Below are positions 50,601-58,900 of a stretch of 64,000 nt of DNA, one piece after another. The position numbers were made by a program, and so were the translations under genes. The notes beneath the pieces were generated by a model that searched no databases, had not been told where the DNA came from, and saw nothing but the letters and a program-made list of their open reading frames with translations. Origin of the DNA: an uncultured Coriobacteriaceae bacterium (GTDB taxonomy: Bacteria > Actinomycetota > Coriobacteriia > Coriobacteriales > Atopobiaceae); the NCBI GenBank assembly GCA_902795065.1, contig CADBJR010000011.1, positions 2,090 to 66,089 on the forward strand, read 5' to 3'. Positions within the stretch are counted from its first letter, which is position 1; each line of letters starts with the position of its first letter.

Positions 50601-51072
50601 CGTCGACGAGCACCGACCCGAGGAAGCGCGCGAGCCGCTCGCGGTAGGGGAGCGCCGTGGGGTCGTGCTCCTGAGCGTGGCGGTCGAGGCACTGCAGGTC
50701 GCCGCAGAGGCGATTGAACTCGGACGCCAGCGCGATGTCGTCGAGGACGGGCAGCACCGGGACATGCTGCTCTACCGCGCATGGGAGCTCCTCGAGGCGC
50801 GCGGCGCAGTCCTCGTGCAGGAACCGCTGCGTCACGGGCACCACGACAAGCTGCATCTGCGCGAGCTCGTCGGGCGAGAGGGCGGCGTCCGGCCCATATG
50901 CAGGGTCGCGGTACCAGATCGCAGCGTTGGCCTGTAGGCCGAGGATCTCGTCCGCGATAACCTCGAGCTGCCCCGCGAGGTCGTCCGGGTGGCCGCACAG
51001 ATACACGCGCGGGCGTCCCTGCGGGCTGGCGTTTCCCCGAGTGCGGTACCCGAGCGTGTTGTTCCCCGACAT
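47191..51072 (-). CDS. Large cytoplasmic protein: TIR-like module + TIR (TIR_2-type) domain + Sel1-like repeats + long TPR-like helical-repeat region, reading without a stop into a C-terminal flavodoxin module
   Basis: ATG 51072 follows GAGGAG (the ORF upstream of it is antisense to purA). YVFLSYRKRDRAEAQ..IAIWYDEFLVPGESFNQAIMDALQKSAVFTLVVTPSLL..TTEW is a TIR pattern. RVYLCGHPDD..AAIWYRDP..LVVVPVTQRFL is a second TIR-like unit. YLIGLAYLSGIDVEVDRDRALGLITAAAE..LVAMYRNGEGVVRSYRTAIAWQERL matches Sel1 repeats. About 750 aa of helical repeats follow. Confidence 0.75.
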   Translation of the reverse strand: MSGNNTLGYRTRGNASPQGRPRVYLCGHPDDLAGQLEVIADEILGLQANAAIWYRDPAYGPDAALSPDELAQMQLVVVPVTQRFLHEDCAARLEELPCAVEQHVPVLPVLDDIALASEFNRLCGDLQCLDRHAQEHDPTALPYRERLARFLGSVLVDDDLAARVRAAFDAYVFLSYRKRDRAEAQQVMRLIHANPLCRDIAIWYDEFLVPGESFNQAIMDALQKSAVFTLVVTPSLLQNPNYVMTTEWPAARDAGKPTLPIEALPTDPGQLASLYLGLGGTISAKDRDAVGKRLEEVLRGIALKRRAGEPTHDYLIGLAYLSGIDVEVDRDRALGLITAAAEADLPEACERLVAMYRNGEGVVRSYRTAIAWQERLIEILKGREGDLRFPSARLHKALDSLAMLKKIAGDAVGSRKAQVEALEQAMRIVDSGNLDGRFDIATSCIALGSELLGSGDPSTARAWLDKGRAYLEAVLAEEQGEAFSFVDGPNGLDIRTFGGFVDKKLVRQALVACSAHIGNTYAAEDNVDEARAWFLRSIDLLEGLAAEEGSFASARHLVLVYELMARLELGEGSTAEARHWCSKGIAAAEELDEKNARDCLMSLNDAMASICEAEGSHEEVRTYRAAAASAAGDTEILSRRRAIDLLIESASACEEAHDLVGACERYAQACVQSEGLIEETGSAEVRIDLSLFRSHLVDLFLDRFEYDKAWDSAKKAVAAAEQAAAESDTYEAHEALGVAYERMALVHRIEHRPKDSIASFEKTVAEFERVVAENPDSSWKEHITDAKAAIDELRAEIAESEARRKRWHDRLLADTVYTLPKDAAGIAAFRELVDRYDAIARQYRKVGDRVDAIYWYERELSVLGALSKTDGSDDVQELQERALRGLDETYISREVDPGKLAEVGPEPPVYDAGSLGSLPLDALRTLSEDYTRYINRLEAAHDYPSMADWFQRLGEVDSVLIERSGMYETAEPLYDYIRAGRMYRVLGDADNAFAYYVMASVRIDKIDALWASGGWMDEDGERYEPLYSVSDEDRAEVLEALEWNLEDALKIRLKLAKKDPTLWPIRIVAMLCYKSAASTSSLEKRVAYLEEALDYGKRCIELSGTEHDQLFVDIVARELHAWGGDVPRERTAMKTAVVFFSLDGNTRLAACGLAERLGADAFEIRTVKPYPAKGPLKILVGGKDATFDKCPAIQPLDIDLAAYDQVVLGTPVWADKVAAPINTFLKGRDLGGKSLALLISSAGGDATKCAQDAAAKLGRTTEELPLLSLRSPTKMGAADLAAQLDAFATQLNS

Positions 51073-51246
51073 AGCCTGCTCCTCTCGTGCGCATTCACTG
51101 CTCACATCATCGCATAATCGGCGCATTTCGCGGCAAATGTGACGGTCCCTTCGACAGGTTTGTGTGGGTCGGCCGAGCGGAACCCTTACGGTACCCGCAT
51201 CACGTATACTTAAAGGGTTGACGGCCATCGATAGAAGGAGCGCATC

Positions 51247-52527
51247 ATGCCTGCTTCCGTGCTTGTGGGAACCCAGTGGGGCGACGAGGGCAAGGGTAAG
51301 GTCACCGATCTGATCTCCGGCGACTACGACGTGGTCTGCCGTTACGCCGGTGGCGCGAACGCCGGCCATACGGTCATCGTGGGCGGCACCAAGCTGGCGC
51401 TGCACCAGGTCCCGTCCGGCGTCATGTACGAGGGCACCGTGCCCATCATCGGCAACGGCTGCATCGTCGACCCCGAGATCCTGCTCTCCGAGATCGACAT
51501 GCTCGAGGACCAGGGCATCTCCTGCGAGCGCCTTAAGATCTCGGGCAACGCGCACATCGTCATGCCGTACCACAAAGACCTCGACGGCGCGCACGAGAAG
51601 AAGCTCGGCAAGAACCTCATCGGCACCACCAAGCGCGGCGTCGGCCCCACCTACATGGACAAGATGAACCGCACCGGCCTGCGCATCCAGGACATGCTCG
51701 ACGAGAAGATCTTCCGCGAGAAGCTCGACGCGGCGCTCGCCTATACCAATCCCATCCTCGAGAAGGTCTACGAGATGCCGACCTACACCGTCGAGCAGAT
51801 CTGCGAGACCTACCTACCGATGGCCGAGCGCATCCGCCCGTACATCTGCGAGAGCTCGCTGTTCCTGAACGAGCAGCTCGAGAGCGGCAAGAACATCCTG
51901 TTCGAGGGCGCCCAGGCCACGATGCTCGACATCGACCACGGCACCTACCCGTTCGTGACCAGCTCCAACTGCACCGCGGGCGGCGCCGTCACCGGCTCCG
52001 GCGTGGGCCCGACCCACATCGACCGCGTCCTCGGCATCGCCAAGGCGTACATGACGCGTGTCGGCAGCGGCCCGTTCCCCACCGAGCTCGACGACGAGAT
52101 CGGCGAGACGCTCTGCGAGGTCGGCCATGAGTACGGCGTCACCACCGGGCGCAAGCGCCGCTGCGGCTGGTACGATGGCGTCATCGTCAACTACGCCACG
52201 CGCGTCAACGGCCTCACCGACCTCGCCATCACCAAGCTCGACGTGCTCGGCGCGCTCGACACCATCAAGGTCTGCGTCGCCTACGAGTGCGACGGCGTGC
52301 GCTACACCACCGTCCCCGAGCACCAGAGCGTGTTCTACCACGCCGCGCCCGTCTACGAGGAGCTCCCCGGCTGGAAGTGCGACATCTCCGGCGTCCGCAA
52401 CTTCTACCAGCTCCCGCGCGAGGCCAAGGACTACATCGACTTCCTCGAGCAGCTCGCCGGCGTGCGCGTCTCGATCATCACCGTCGGCCCGGACCGCGAC
52501 CAGACCATCAACAGGTATTGGAAGTAG
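51247..52527 (+). CDS. purA: Adenylosuccinate synthetase
   Basis: VLVGTQWGDEGKGKVTD, GGANAGHTV, GTTKRGVGPTY and TTGRKRRCGW. Confidence 0.96.
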   Translation: MPASVLVGTQWGDEGKGKVTDLISGDYDVVCRYAGGANAGHTVIVGGTKLALHQVPSGVMYEGTVPIIGNGCIVDPEILLSEIDMLEDQGISCERLKISGNAHIVMPYHKDLDGAHEKKLGKNLIGTTKRGVGPTYMDKMNRTGLRIQDMLDEKIFREKLDAALAYTNPILEKVYEMPTYTVEQICETYLPMAERIRPYICESSLFLNEQLESGKNILFEGAQATMLDIDHGTYPFVTSSNCTAGGAVTGSGVGPTHIDRVLGIAKAYMTRVGSGPFPTELDDEIGETLCEVGHEYGVTTGRKRRCGWYDGVIVNYATRVNGLTDLAITKLDVLGALDTIKVCVAYECDGVRYTTVPEHQSVFYHAAPVYEELPGWKCDISGVRNFYQLPREAKDYIDFLEQLAGVRVSIITVGPDRDQTINRYWK

Positions 52528-52529
52528 CC

Positions 52530-53345
52530 GTGCCCGCAGATCGCGTGACGATACCGACCTGCGCGGTCGTGGCTGACACCTGCTGCGACGTCCCGTCCGA
52601 GCTGCTCGCGCAGCTCGGCGTCGCCGTGTGCCAGCGCCGCCCCGATGTCGACGAGCTCGTGAAGCTCTACCGCGGGCTGCTCGCGCAGGGCTCCGAGGGC
52701 ATCGTCTCCATCCACAAGGGCTCGGAGGCCGTGGCCGCCTGCGCCGCCGCCGCGAAGATGGACGAGCCGGGCCGTGTGACCGTGGTCGACGTCGGCCTCA
52801 CCTCCGCGGCGCTCGCGCTCGCGGTCGAACGCGCCGCGTACGCAGCGGGCAACGGCGGAACGCCGATAGAGGTCGCCGCGCGCGCCGATGCCGTCGCGGA
52901 TGCGACCGTGCTGCTCGTCATCTCCGACCCGAGCGCGCCGCGCCAGGGCCACGGCGGGCTCTTCGACCGATTCGCCTATCTGCGCCGCCGCGCGCTCGGC
53001 GTGAGCCACCTCGTGCGTCTCGACCGCTCGGGCTACAAGGTCCTCGCGGAGTCGGACGACCTCGCCAACCTCGCGGGGCTCGTCGCGCACGCCTTCGGCA
53101 CCCGCGCGCGCACCGACGGGGCGCTCTGCTACATCGAGGCCGCGGGCAGCGTGCCCAACGGCCTCGCCCAGCTCGACAAACCCTTCGATACCAACGAGTA
53201 CGTCTCGTATCGCCTGGCGACGCTTGTGCCGGCGACCGAGCTCGTGCGCTATTCCGGACCTGGCGCCCTTGCCGTCGCCATGGTCCCGGAGGACGTGTAC
53301 GGCGGCCACGAGACAGCGCTCTTCGATAGCAACCTGACCGTGTAA
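52530..53345 (+). CDS. Divergent DegV-like protein
   Basis: GTG 52530 lies 2 nt after the purA stop. The N-terminus CAVVADTCCDVPSELL resembles the DegV start (VTDSTCDLP). The rest is weakly DegV-like and appears to lack the usual SxxSGT segment. Confidence 0.5.
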   Translation: MPADRVTIPTCAVVADTCCDVPSELLAQLGVAVCQRRPDVDELVKLYRGLLAQGSEGIVSIHKGSEAVAACAAAAKMDEPGRVTVVDVGLTSAALALAVERAAYAAGNGGTPIEVAARADAVADATVLLVISDPSAPRQGHGGLFDRFAYLRRRALGVSHLVRLDRSGYKVLAESDDLANLAGLVAHAFGTRARTDGALCYIEAAGSVPNGLAQLDKPFDTNEYVSYRLATLVPATELVRYSGPGALAVAMVPEDVYGGHETALFDSNLTV

Positions 53346-53356
53346 GGAGTACAACC

Positions 53357-54655
53357 ATGGCTTCTACCAGCGAAAAGACCAACATCCTGCTTCTGGGCTC
53401 CGGCGGGCGCGAGCACGCGCTGCTCGACAAGCTCAGCCAGTCCCCGCGCGCGGGCAAGCTCTACGTGGCGCCTGGCAACGGCGGCATGCTCGCCCTCGCC
53501 GAGCGCGCCGACGTCAACCCCGAGTCTCCCGTCGAGGTGGCTGCCTGGGCACTCGCCCACAGCATCGGCCTCGTGGTGATCGGCCCCGAGGCGCCGCTCA
53601 TGGAGGGCGTCGCCGACGCGTGCCGCTCGGTGGACATCCCCGTCTTCGGCCCCAACCTGAGCGCAGCGCGCATGGAGGGCTCCAAGAAGTTCGCCAAGCA
53701 GGTCATGGGCCGCGCCGGCGTTCCCACCGCCGCGTGGCGCTCCTTCACCGACGAAGCCGAGGCTGCGGCATACGTCGCGCGTCTCAACGGCCCCTGCGTG
53801 ATCAAGGCCGATGGCCTCGCCGCGGGCAAGGGCGTCATCGTCGCCGCCGACGCCGCCGAGGCTGCGGCCGGCGTGCACGAGTGCTTCAACGCGTTCGGCT
53901 CCGCGGGCAACGTGGTGCTCGTGGAGGAGACCCTCTCAGGCCCCGAGTGCTCGCTGCTCGCGCTCACCGACGGCAAGACCGTCGTTCCGCTGGCCACGAG
54001 CCAGGACCACAAGCGCGCCTACGACGGCGACAAGGGCCCCAACACCGGCGGCATGGGCGTCTACAGCCCGGTCCCGATGGTCACGCCCGAGGAGCTCGCG
54101 ACCATGACCGGCATCATGGAGCGCGTCGTGCGCCAGCTCGCCAAGGACGGCACGCCGTACTCCGGCTGCCTCTACGGCGGCTTCATGCTCACGCCCGAGG
54201 GCCCCAAGGTCCTCGAGTTCAACGCCCGTTTCGGCGACCCCGAGACGCAGGTCGTGCTGCCGCGCATGCACGCCGACCTCGTCGAGGTCATGCTCGCGTG
54301 CGACAACGGCACGCTCTCGGCCGACATGGTGTCGTGGGAGGACGACTGGGCCGTGGCCGTCGTGCTTGCGAGCGCGGGCTATCCCGGCAGCTACGAGAAG
54401 GGCAAGGTCATCACCGGCATCGAGCAGGCCGAGACGCTTCCCGGCGTCACGGTCTACCACGCCGGCACGAAGCTGCTCGACGACGGCACGCTCGTGACCT
54501 CGGGCGGCCGCGTGCTCGCCGTGACCGCGGTCGCGGCCACGTTCGAGGCTGCGCGCGAGCGCGCGTACGAGGCGGCCGAGCTCATCCGGTTCGACGGGCG
54601 CTTCTTCCGCACCGACATCGGCATGAAGGCGATCATCGGACGCGAGAACCTCTAA
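53357..54655 (+). CDS. purD: Phosphoribosylamine--glycine ligase
   Basis: ILLLGSGGREHAL, VIKADGLAAGKGV, DHKRAYDGDKGPNTGGMG and FNARFGDPE. Confidence 0.95.
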   Translation: MASTSEKTNILLLGSGGREHALLDKLSQSPRAGKLYVAPGNGGMLALAERADVNPESPVEVAAWALAHSIGLVVIGPEAPLMEGVADACRSVDIPVFGPNLSAARMEGSKKFAKQVMGRAGVPTAAWRSFTDEAEAAAYVARLNGPCVIKADGLAAGKGVIVAADAAEAAAGVHECFNAFGSAGNVVLVEETLSGPECSLLALTDGKTVVPLATSQDHKRAYDGDKGPNTGGMGVYSPVPMVTPEELATMTGIMERVVRQLAKDGTPYSGCLYGGFMLTPEGPKVLEFNARFGDPETQVVLPRMHADLVEVMLACDNGTLSADMVSWEDDWAVAVVLASAGYPGSYEKGKVITGIEQAETLPGVTVYHAGTKLLDDGTLVTSGGRVLAVTAVAATFEAARERAYEAAELIRFDGRFFRTDIGMKAIIGRENL

Positions 54656-54666
54656 GGGGAGACGCC

Positions 54667-55437
54667 ATGGCCAAGAAGAAGAGCGACACCGATATCCAGA
54701 CCGCAGGCGCATCGCCCGACACGATCATCGAGTCGGACGCCTACACCGCGCCGTCGCTCGACGACCTGCGCGATGCGGCGCAGGGCATCCAGGACTCGGC
54801 CCGCGCGTTCACCTATGACGATGGGGGAGAGGGGTCGGTCGGCGCACCCGAGGCCCGCGACCTGGTGCTGGGCGACGACGACCCGCGCGATGCCGAGCTC
54901 TCCGAGGTCATCACCGCCGAGGACACGATGTTCTCGGGGCTGATCTTCGACGTGAACCGCATCCACGTGACGCTGCCCAACGGGCATGAGTCCGCGCGCG
55001 ACGTCGTCCGCCATCGCGGCGCCGTCGCCGTCGTGGCGCTGACGGACGATGGGCGGATCTGCCTCGTGCGCCAGTACCGCACGGCGCTCGACCGCGTGAC
55101 CGTGGAGATCCCCGCGGGCAAGCTCGATCCCGGCGAGGATCCGCTCACCTGCGCGAAACGCGAGCTGCTCGAGGAGACGGGCATGGTCGCGGACCGCATG
55201 GCGTTCCTCACCACGCTCGCGACCACGCCGGGCTTCACCGACGAGCGCATCCACCTGTATATGGCGACCGGGCTCACCTTCGGACCCGCGCATCCCGACG
55301 AGGACGAGTTCCTCAACGTGGACCTCGTTCCACTCGACGAGCTCATCGATGCGGTGCTCGACGGCCGCATCGAGGACTCCAAGACCGTGTGCGGCGCGCT
55401 TATCTGCGACGCCGTGGCGCACCGTCTGGAGCCGTAG
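54667..55437 (+). CDS. NUDIX hydrolase (ADP-ribose pyrophosphatase-like) with an N-terminal disordered extension
   Basis: ATG 54667 follows AAGGGGAG. Nudix box GKLDPGEDPLTCAKRELLEETG. Confidence 0.85.
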   Translation: MAKKKSDTDIQTAGASPDTIIESDAYTAPSLDDLRDAAQGIQDSARAFTYDDGGEGSVGAPEARDLVLGDDDPRDAELSEVITAEDTMFSGLIFDVNRIHVTLPNGHESARDVVRHRGAVAVVALTDDGRICLVRQYRTALDRVTVEIPAGKLDPGEDPLTCAKRELLEETGMVADRMAFLTTLATTPGFTDERIHLYMATGLTFGPAHPDEDEFLNVDLVPLDELIDAVLDGRIEDSKTVCGALICDAVAHRLEP

Positions 55438-55464
55438 GGGCCGGAGTTATATCTGGGAATGTTG

Positions 55465-55493
55465 CTGAGGCGGTGTCTTGCACACCGCCTCAG
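55465..55493 (+). terminator. Stem-loop after the NUDIX gene (hairpin family CTGAGGCGGTG/CACCGCCTCAG, copy 1)
   Basis: CTGAGGCGGTGT-CTTGC-ACACCGCCTCAG, a 12-bp stem followed by TTGCTGTT. Confidence 0.6.
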
Positions 55494-55572
55494 TTGCTGT
55501 TGGGGCGGTGTACGTGAGAGCAGCAACTCTCTGAGCTGGAGTTTTGTCTCAATGAGGCCGCTGCGGGGGAAT

Positions 55573-55599
55573 TGAGGCGGTGTCATGGGCACCGCCTCA
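55573..55599. repeat. Second copy of the GAGGCGGTG hairpin
   Basis: TGAGGCGGTG-TCATGGG-CACCGCCTCA. Same arm sequence as 55465-55493, about 100 nt downstream. Confidence 0.5.
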
Positions 55600-55936
55600 G
55601 CGAACGTGGCGGCACGAATTTGAACGCATATATATAAAGAACGCGAGAGCTGGATTCCGCGAACGGTCAGAAACTTGCATGCTTCGAAAAAGCGGAATAT
55701 GCATAGCAGTTAATACGGCTGCAGATGAAATGTATCATCAGCGCATATTGTCGAGAAGTTGAATAATTGCAGCTTAATTGCGGAAAAACCGCTGAAAGAA
55801 TTCGTCGAAAATTAGTTGAATCCACGGTTAACAACCGTTCAGATTCCTCTACCATGTTGAATGGTGCTATATGCGACCATGGGACAGCTGTATCGATTTT
55901 TCCGTCATCCCGTGGTCCGAAGGAAAGGTGCTGGTC

Positions 55937-58900
55937 ATGGGTAAGAAGTTCCGCAGGTTCTGCAAGAGCGCGCGTGGTCCGCTTGCATGGATCCTCTCGC
56001 TCATCCTCGTGTGGCAGATGTTCCCCGCGCAGGGGATGGCATATGCCCTCGAGGAGGCGGCGGAAGCGTTCACGTCCAACGACGTGGATGCAGTCGTCGT
56101 CGAGGATACGGCTGCCGAGCCGGAGGTTGATCTTGTCTACGATGAGGACGCCGCTGAGCCGGAGGTCGTGATCGAGGAGGAACCCGTCGTTGAAGACGAG
56201 GCTATCCCCGAAGAGGAGACTGTTTTCGAAGAGGATGCTGTCCCCGAGGAGGAACCTGTCATCGAAGACGAGGCTATCTCCGAAGAGGAGCCCGCGGTCG
56301 AGGAAGAGGCCGTTACCGAGGAGGAGCCTGAAGTTGAGGCTGAGCCTGAGGAAGAGCCCGCTCCTGCGACCCCCATGCTCGCCGGCGCCAAGAGCCTTAC
56401 CGTCGACGGCGTGACCATCACGGTCGGCGTGGGCGATGGCGTGCTGCCCGAGGGTTGGTACTTCACTGCAGAGCCCATCACGGGCTACCAGCTCACCCAG
56501 GTTGAGGACGCAGTTACCGAGCAGCAGGCTGACGCACAGGTCGTCGTCGCGTTCGACATCACCCTCTACGACGCCGATGGCAACGAGATCCAGCCCGTCG
56601 ACGGCACCGCTGTCAGGGTGACCTTCCGCAACACGGGAGCCGAGACCGATAACGTGAGCGTCTACCACGTGTCCGACGAGATGGTCGCCGAGTACGTCGA
56701 CACCGCTTCCGCTTCCGCCAACAGGCAGAGCTTCGACGCCGACCAGTTCTCCATCTACGTCGTCGTCGAGAGCGGTGCGGATGCGCGCCTGGTCGTTCAG
56801 TTCATGAATGGCACGACCGAGGTCGCCTCGATGATGATCACCGAAAACCAGATCGAGCAAATTGAGGAGTACCTCTATGACCCCGGAATGGGAGAGCTGG
56901 CCGAAGGCGTCCAGTTCCGCGGTTGGACGACCAACCCGAACTACACGACTGAGACTACGGGCATGACCATCGAGGAGGTCCGCGAAGACGTAACCAAAAA
57001 ACTGAACGCTGGCGTGGAAGACGGCGATACCGTTACCTACTACGCCATGGCTTTCAAGACCTATACGGTTACCTATCTGGACGAGAAGGGCGTCCTGCTC
57101 AAGACGGACCAGATCTTGGCACCCGCAACGAGCACTGATGACCAGACGTACACGGTCAACCTTTCCTATACGCCGTATCCGACAGATGAGCCCGGTGTCG
57201 TGGCCGACTTTGTTGGCTGGCAGCAGATCAGCCCAGAGGTTGAGGGCACCGAGGTGCTGTACCAGAACGACGACACGATGACGCTGAGCGAGACGACGTA
57301 CGTCCTCAAGGCGAAGACCCAGAAGGGTCACTGGCTTACCTTCGAAGAGAACCTCTCCAACGCTACTTACACAGAGCCTCAGTTTGTGGCTATCGGCGCT
57401 AATCCTACTGAGCCCACGACCGCTCCGACCCGCTCGGGATACACCTTTGACGGCTGGTACACCGAGGATGCGTCCGACGCACGCGACGGCCAGGTGAGCG
57501 GATCCGCGTTTGACTTCAACCAGGAGCTGACCGCCAACACCACGGTCTATGGAAAGTGGACGGCAGCGTCGACGGCGAACTACAACGTCGTTGTCTGGCA
57601 GCAGCAGGTCGACGGTGATGGCTATGACTACAGCGGCACCACCGTTACTGTGACCGGCGCAACAGTGGGTCAGAACACCTATGCCGTCAACGGAACAGCT
57701 GGCGGTTCGTCTGCACGCGTTTACACCGTATCGGGGCAGCGTTATCAGGACGTCAGCTTCCGCGGTTTCCACTTCAGCCGTGTTGACGCCACCACGACGG
57801 TGAAGCCCGACGGCACCACGGTCATCAACGTGTACTTCGACCGCAACGAGATTACCTACAACTTCGAGGGGTACACCTATACCGAGACAACGGCTACGGG
57901 CGGCACCCAGTACGGCCTTGTTGATGGTGAGTACGTTGAACTCTCCTATAGCCGGTACTACGAGAGGTGGTACTACGGTTATTACAACTGGTATGACGAC
58001 ACCCGCTATACCAGAACTACGGAGACTCAGTCCTTCAGCGGTCTGTACGGCTCCGCATTCACCCAATGGCCCGATCCGGGCAATGGTTCTGTGTGGAGTA
58101 TTGGCGACATCAGTTATCCTCTGCCTTTGACGGAGTTCAAACCTGAGGCCGTGAATGAGACTTCCTCGTCGAACGAGTTCACGTTTGAACTTGACGACAT
58201 GAATAATAACTACAGCCTTGTTGTCTACAAGCAGACGGAGACCGGAGCTTGGAGCTACACCAACGCGTACACGATTACGACGGGACGCTGGTCGGGTGGC
58301 ACTTGGACTCCCTCTGAGACCTACACCGGCTTCACTATCGACGCATATCGCAAGGGACAGGGCGGAAGCTGGACCAGTTGTACGCCGAGCACTAACATTA
58401 GAGATGCTTATAATCTCTATCTCCGCTATTCGCGCAACCAGTACAACATCACGTACAGCGACGGTGTTTTTGTCGCTGGTGCGGACGAAACCCCGGTAAC
58501 CGATGCGCCTTCGGCACGCACGAATTTCGTCTCGAAGAACGGCGTCTACTACGAGGCGAACATCAATACCGCGGACTACAACATCACGCCCGAGCTCAAT
58601 GGCTACGTGTTCCTCGGCTGGTACGACAATGCGCTCTGTGCAGGCGATCCCTATACATTCGACAAGATGCCCGCTCACAATGTGACCCTCTACGCCAAGT
58701 GGGGACTTCGCGAGTATGCGGTCAACCTGCATCCCAATGACAGCACCTCCGACCCCATCGTCTACACCAAGGAAGATCAGGCTGCGACGTTCTACGTCGA
58801 CGAGGGCGACAAGATCGGTAACGTCGGCGGCGAGAGGATCTACTATGACCTGGTTGGTTGGTATACCGACGAGGATATGACGCACGTCTTCAACTTCGAG

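Noticed and set aside
51073-51594. N-terminal 174-codon extension of the TIR ORF (ORF listed as 47191..51594)
   Set aside because: The extension is antisense to the 5' part of purA and has shadow-ORF composition. A strong GAGGAG-ATG start exists at 51072, directly before the TIR-like sequence.
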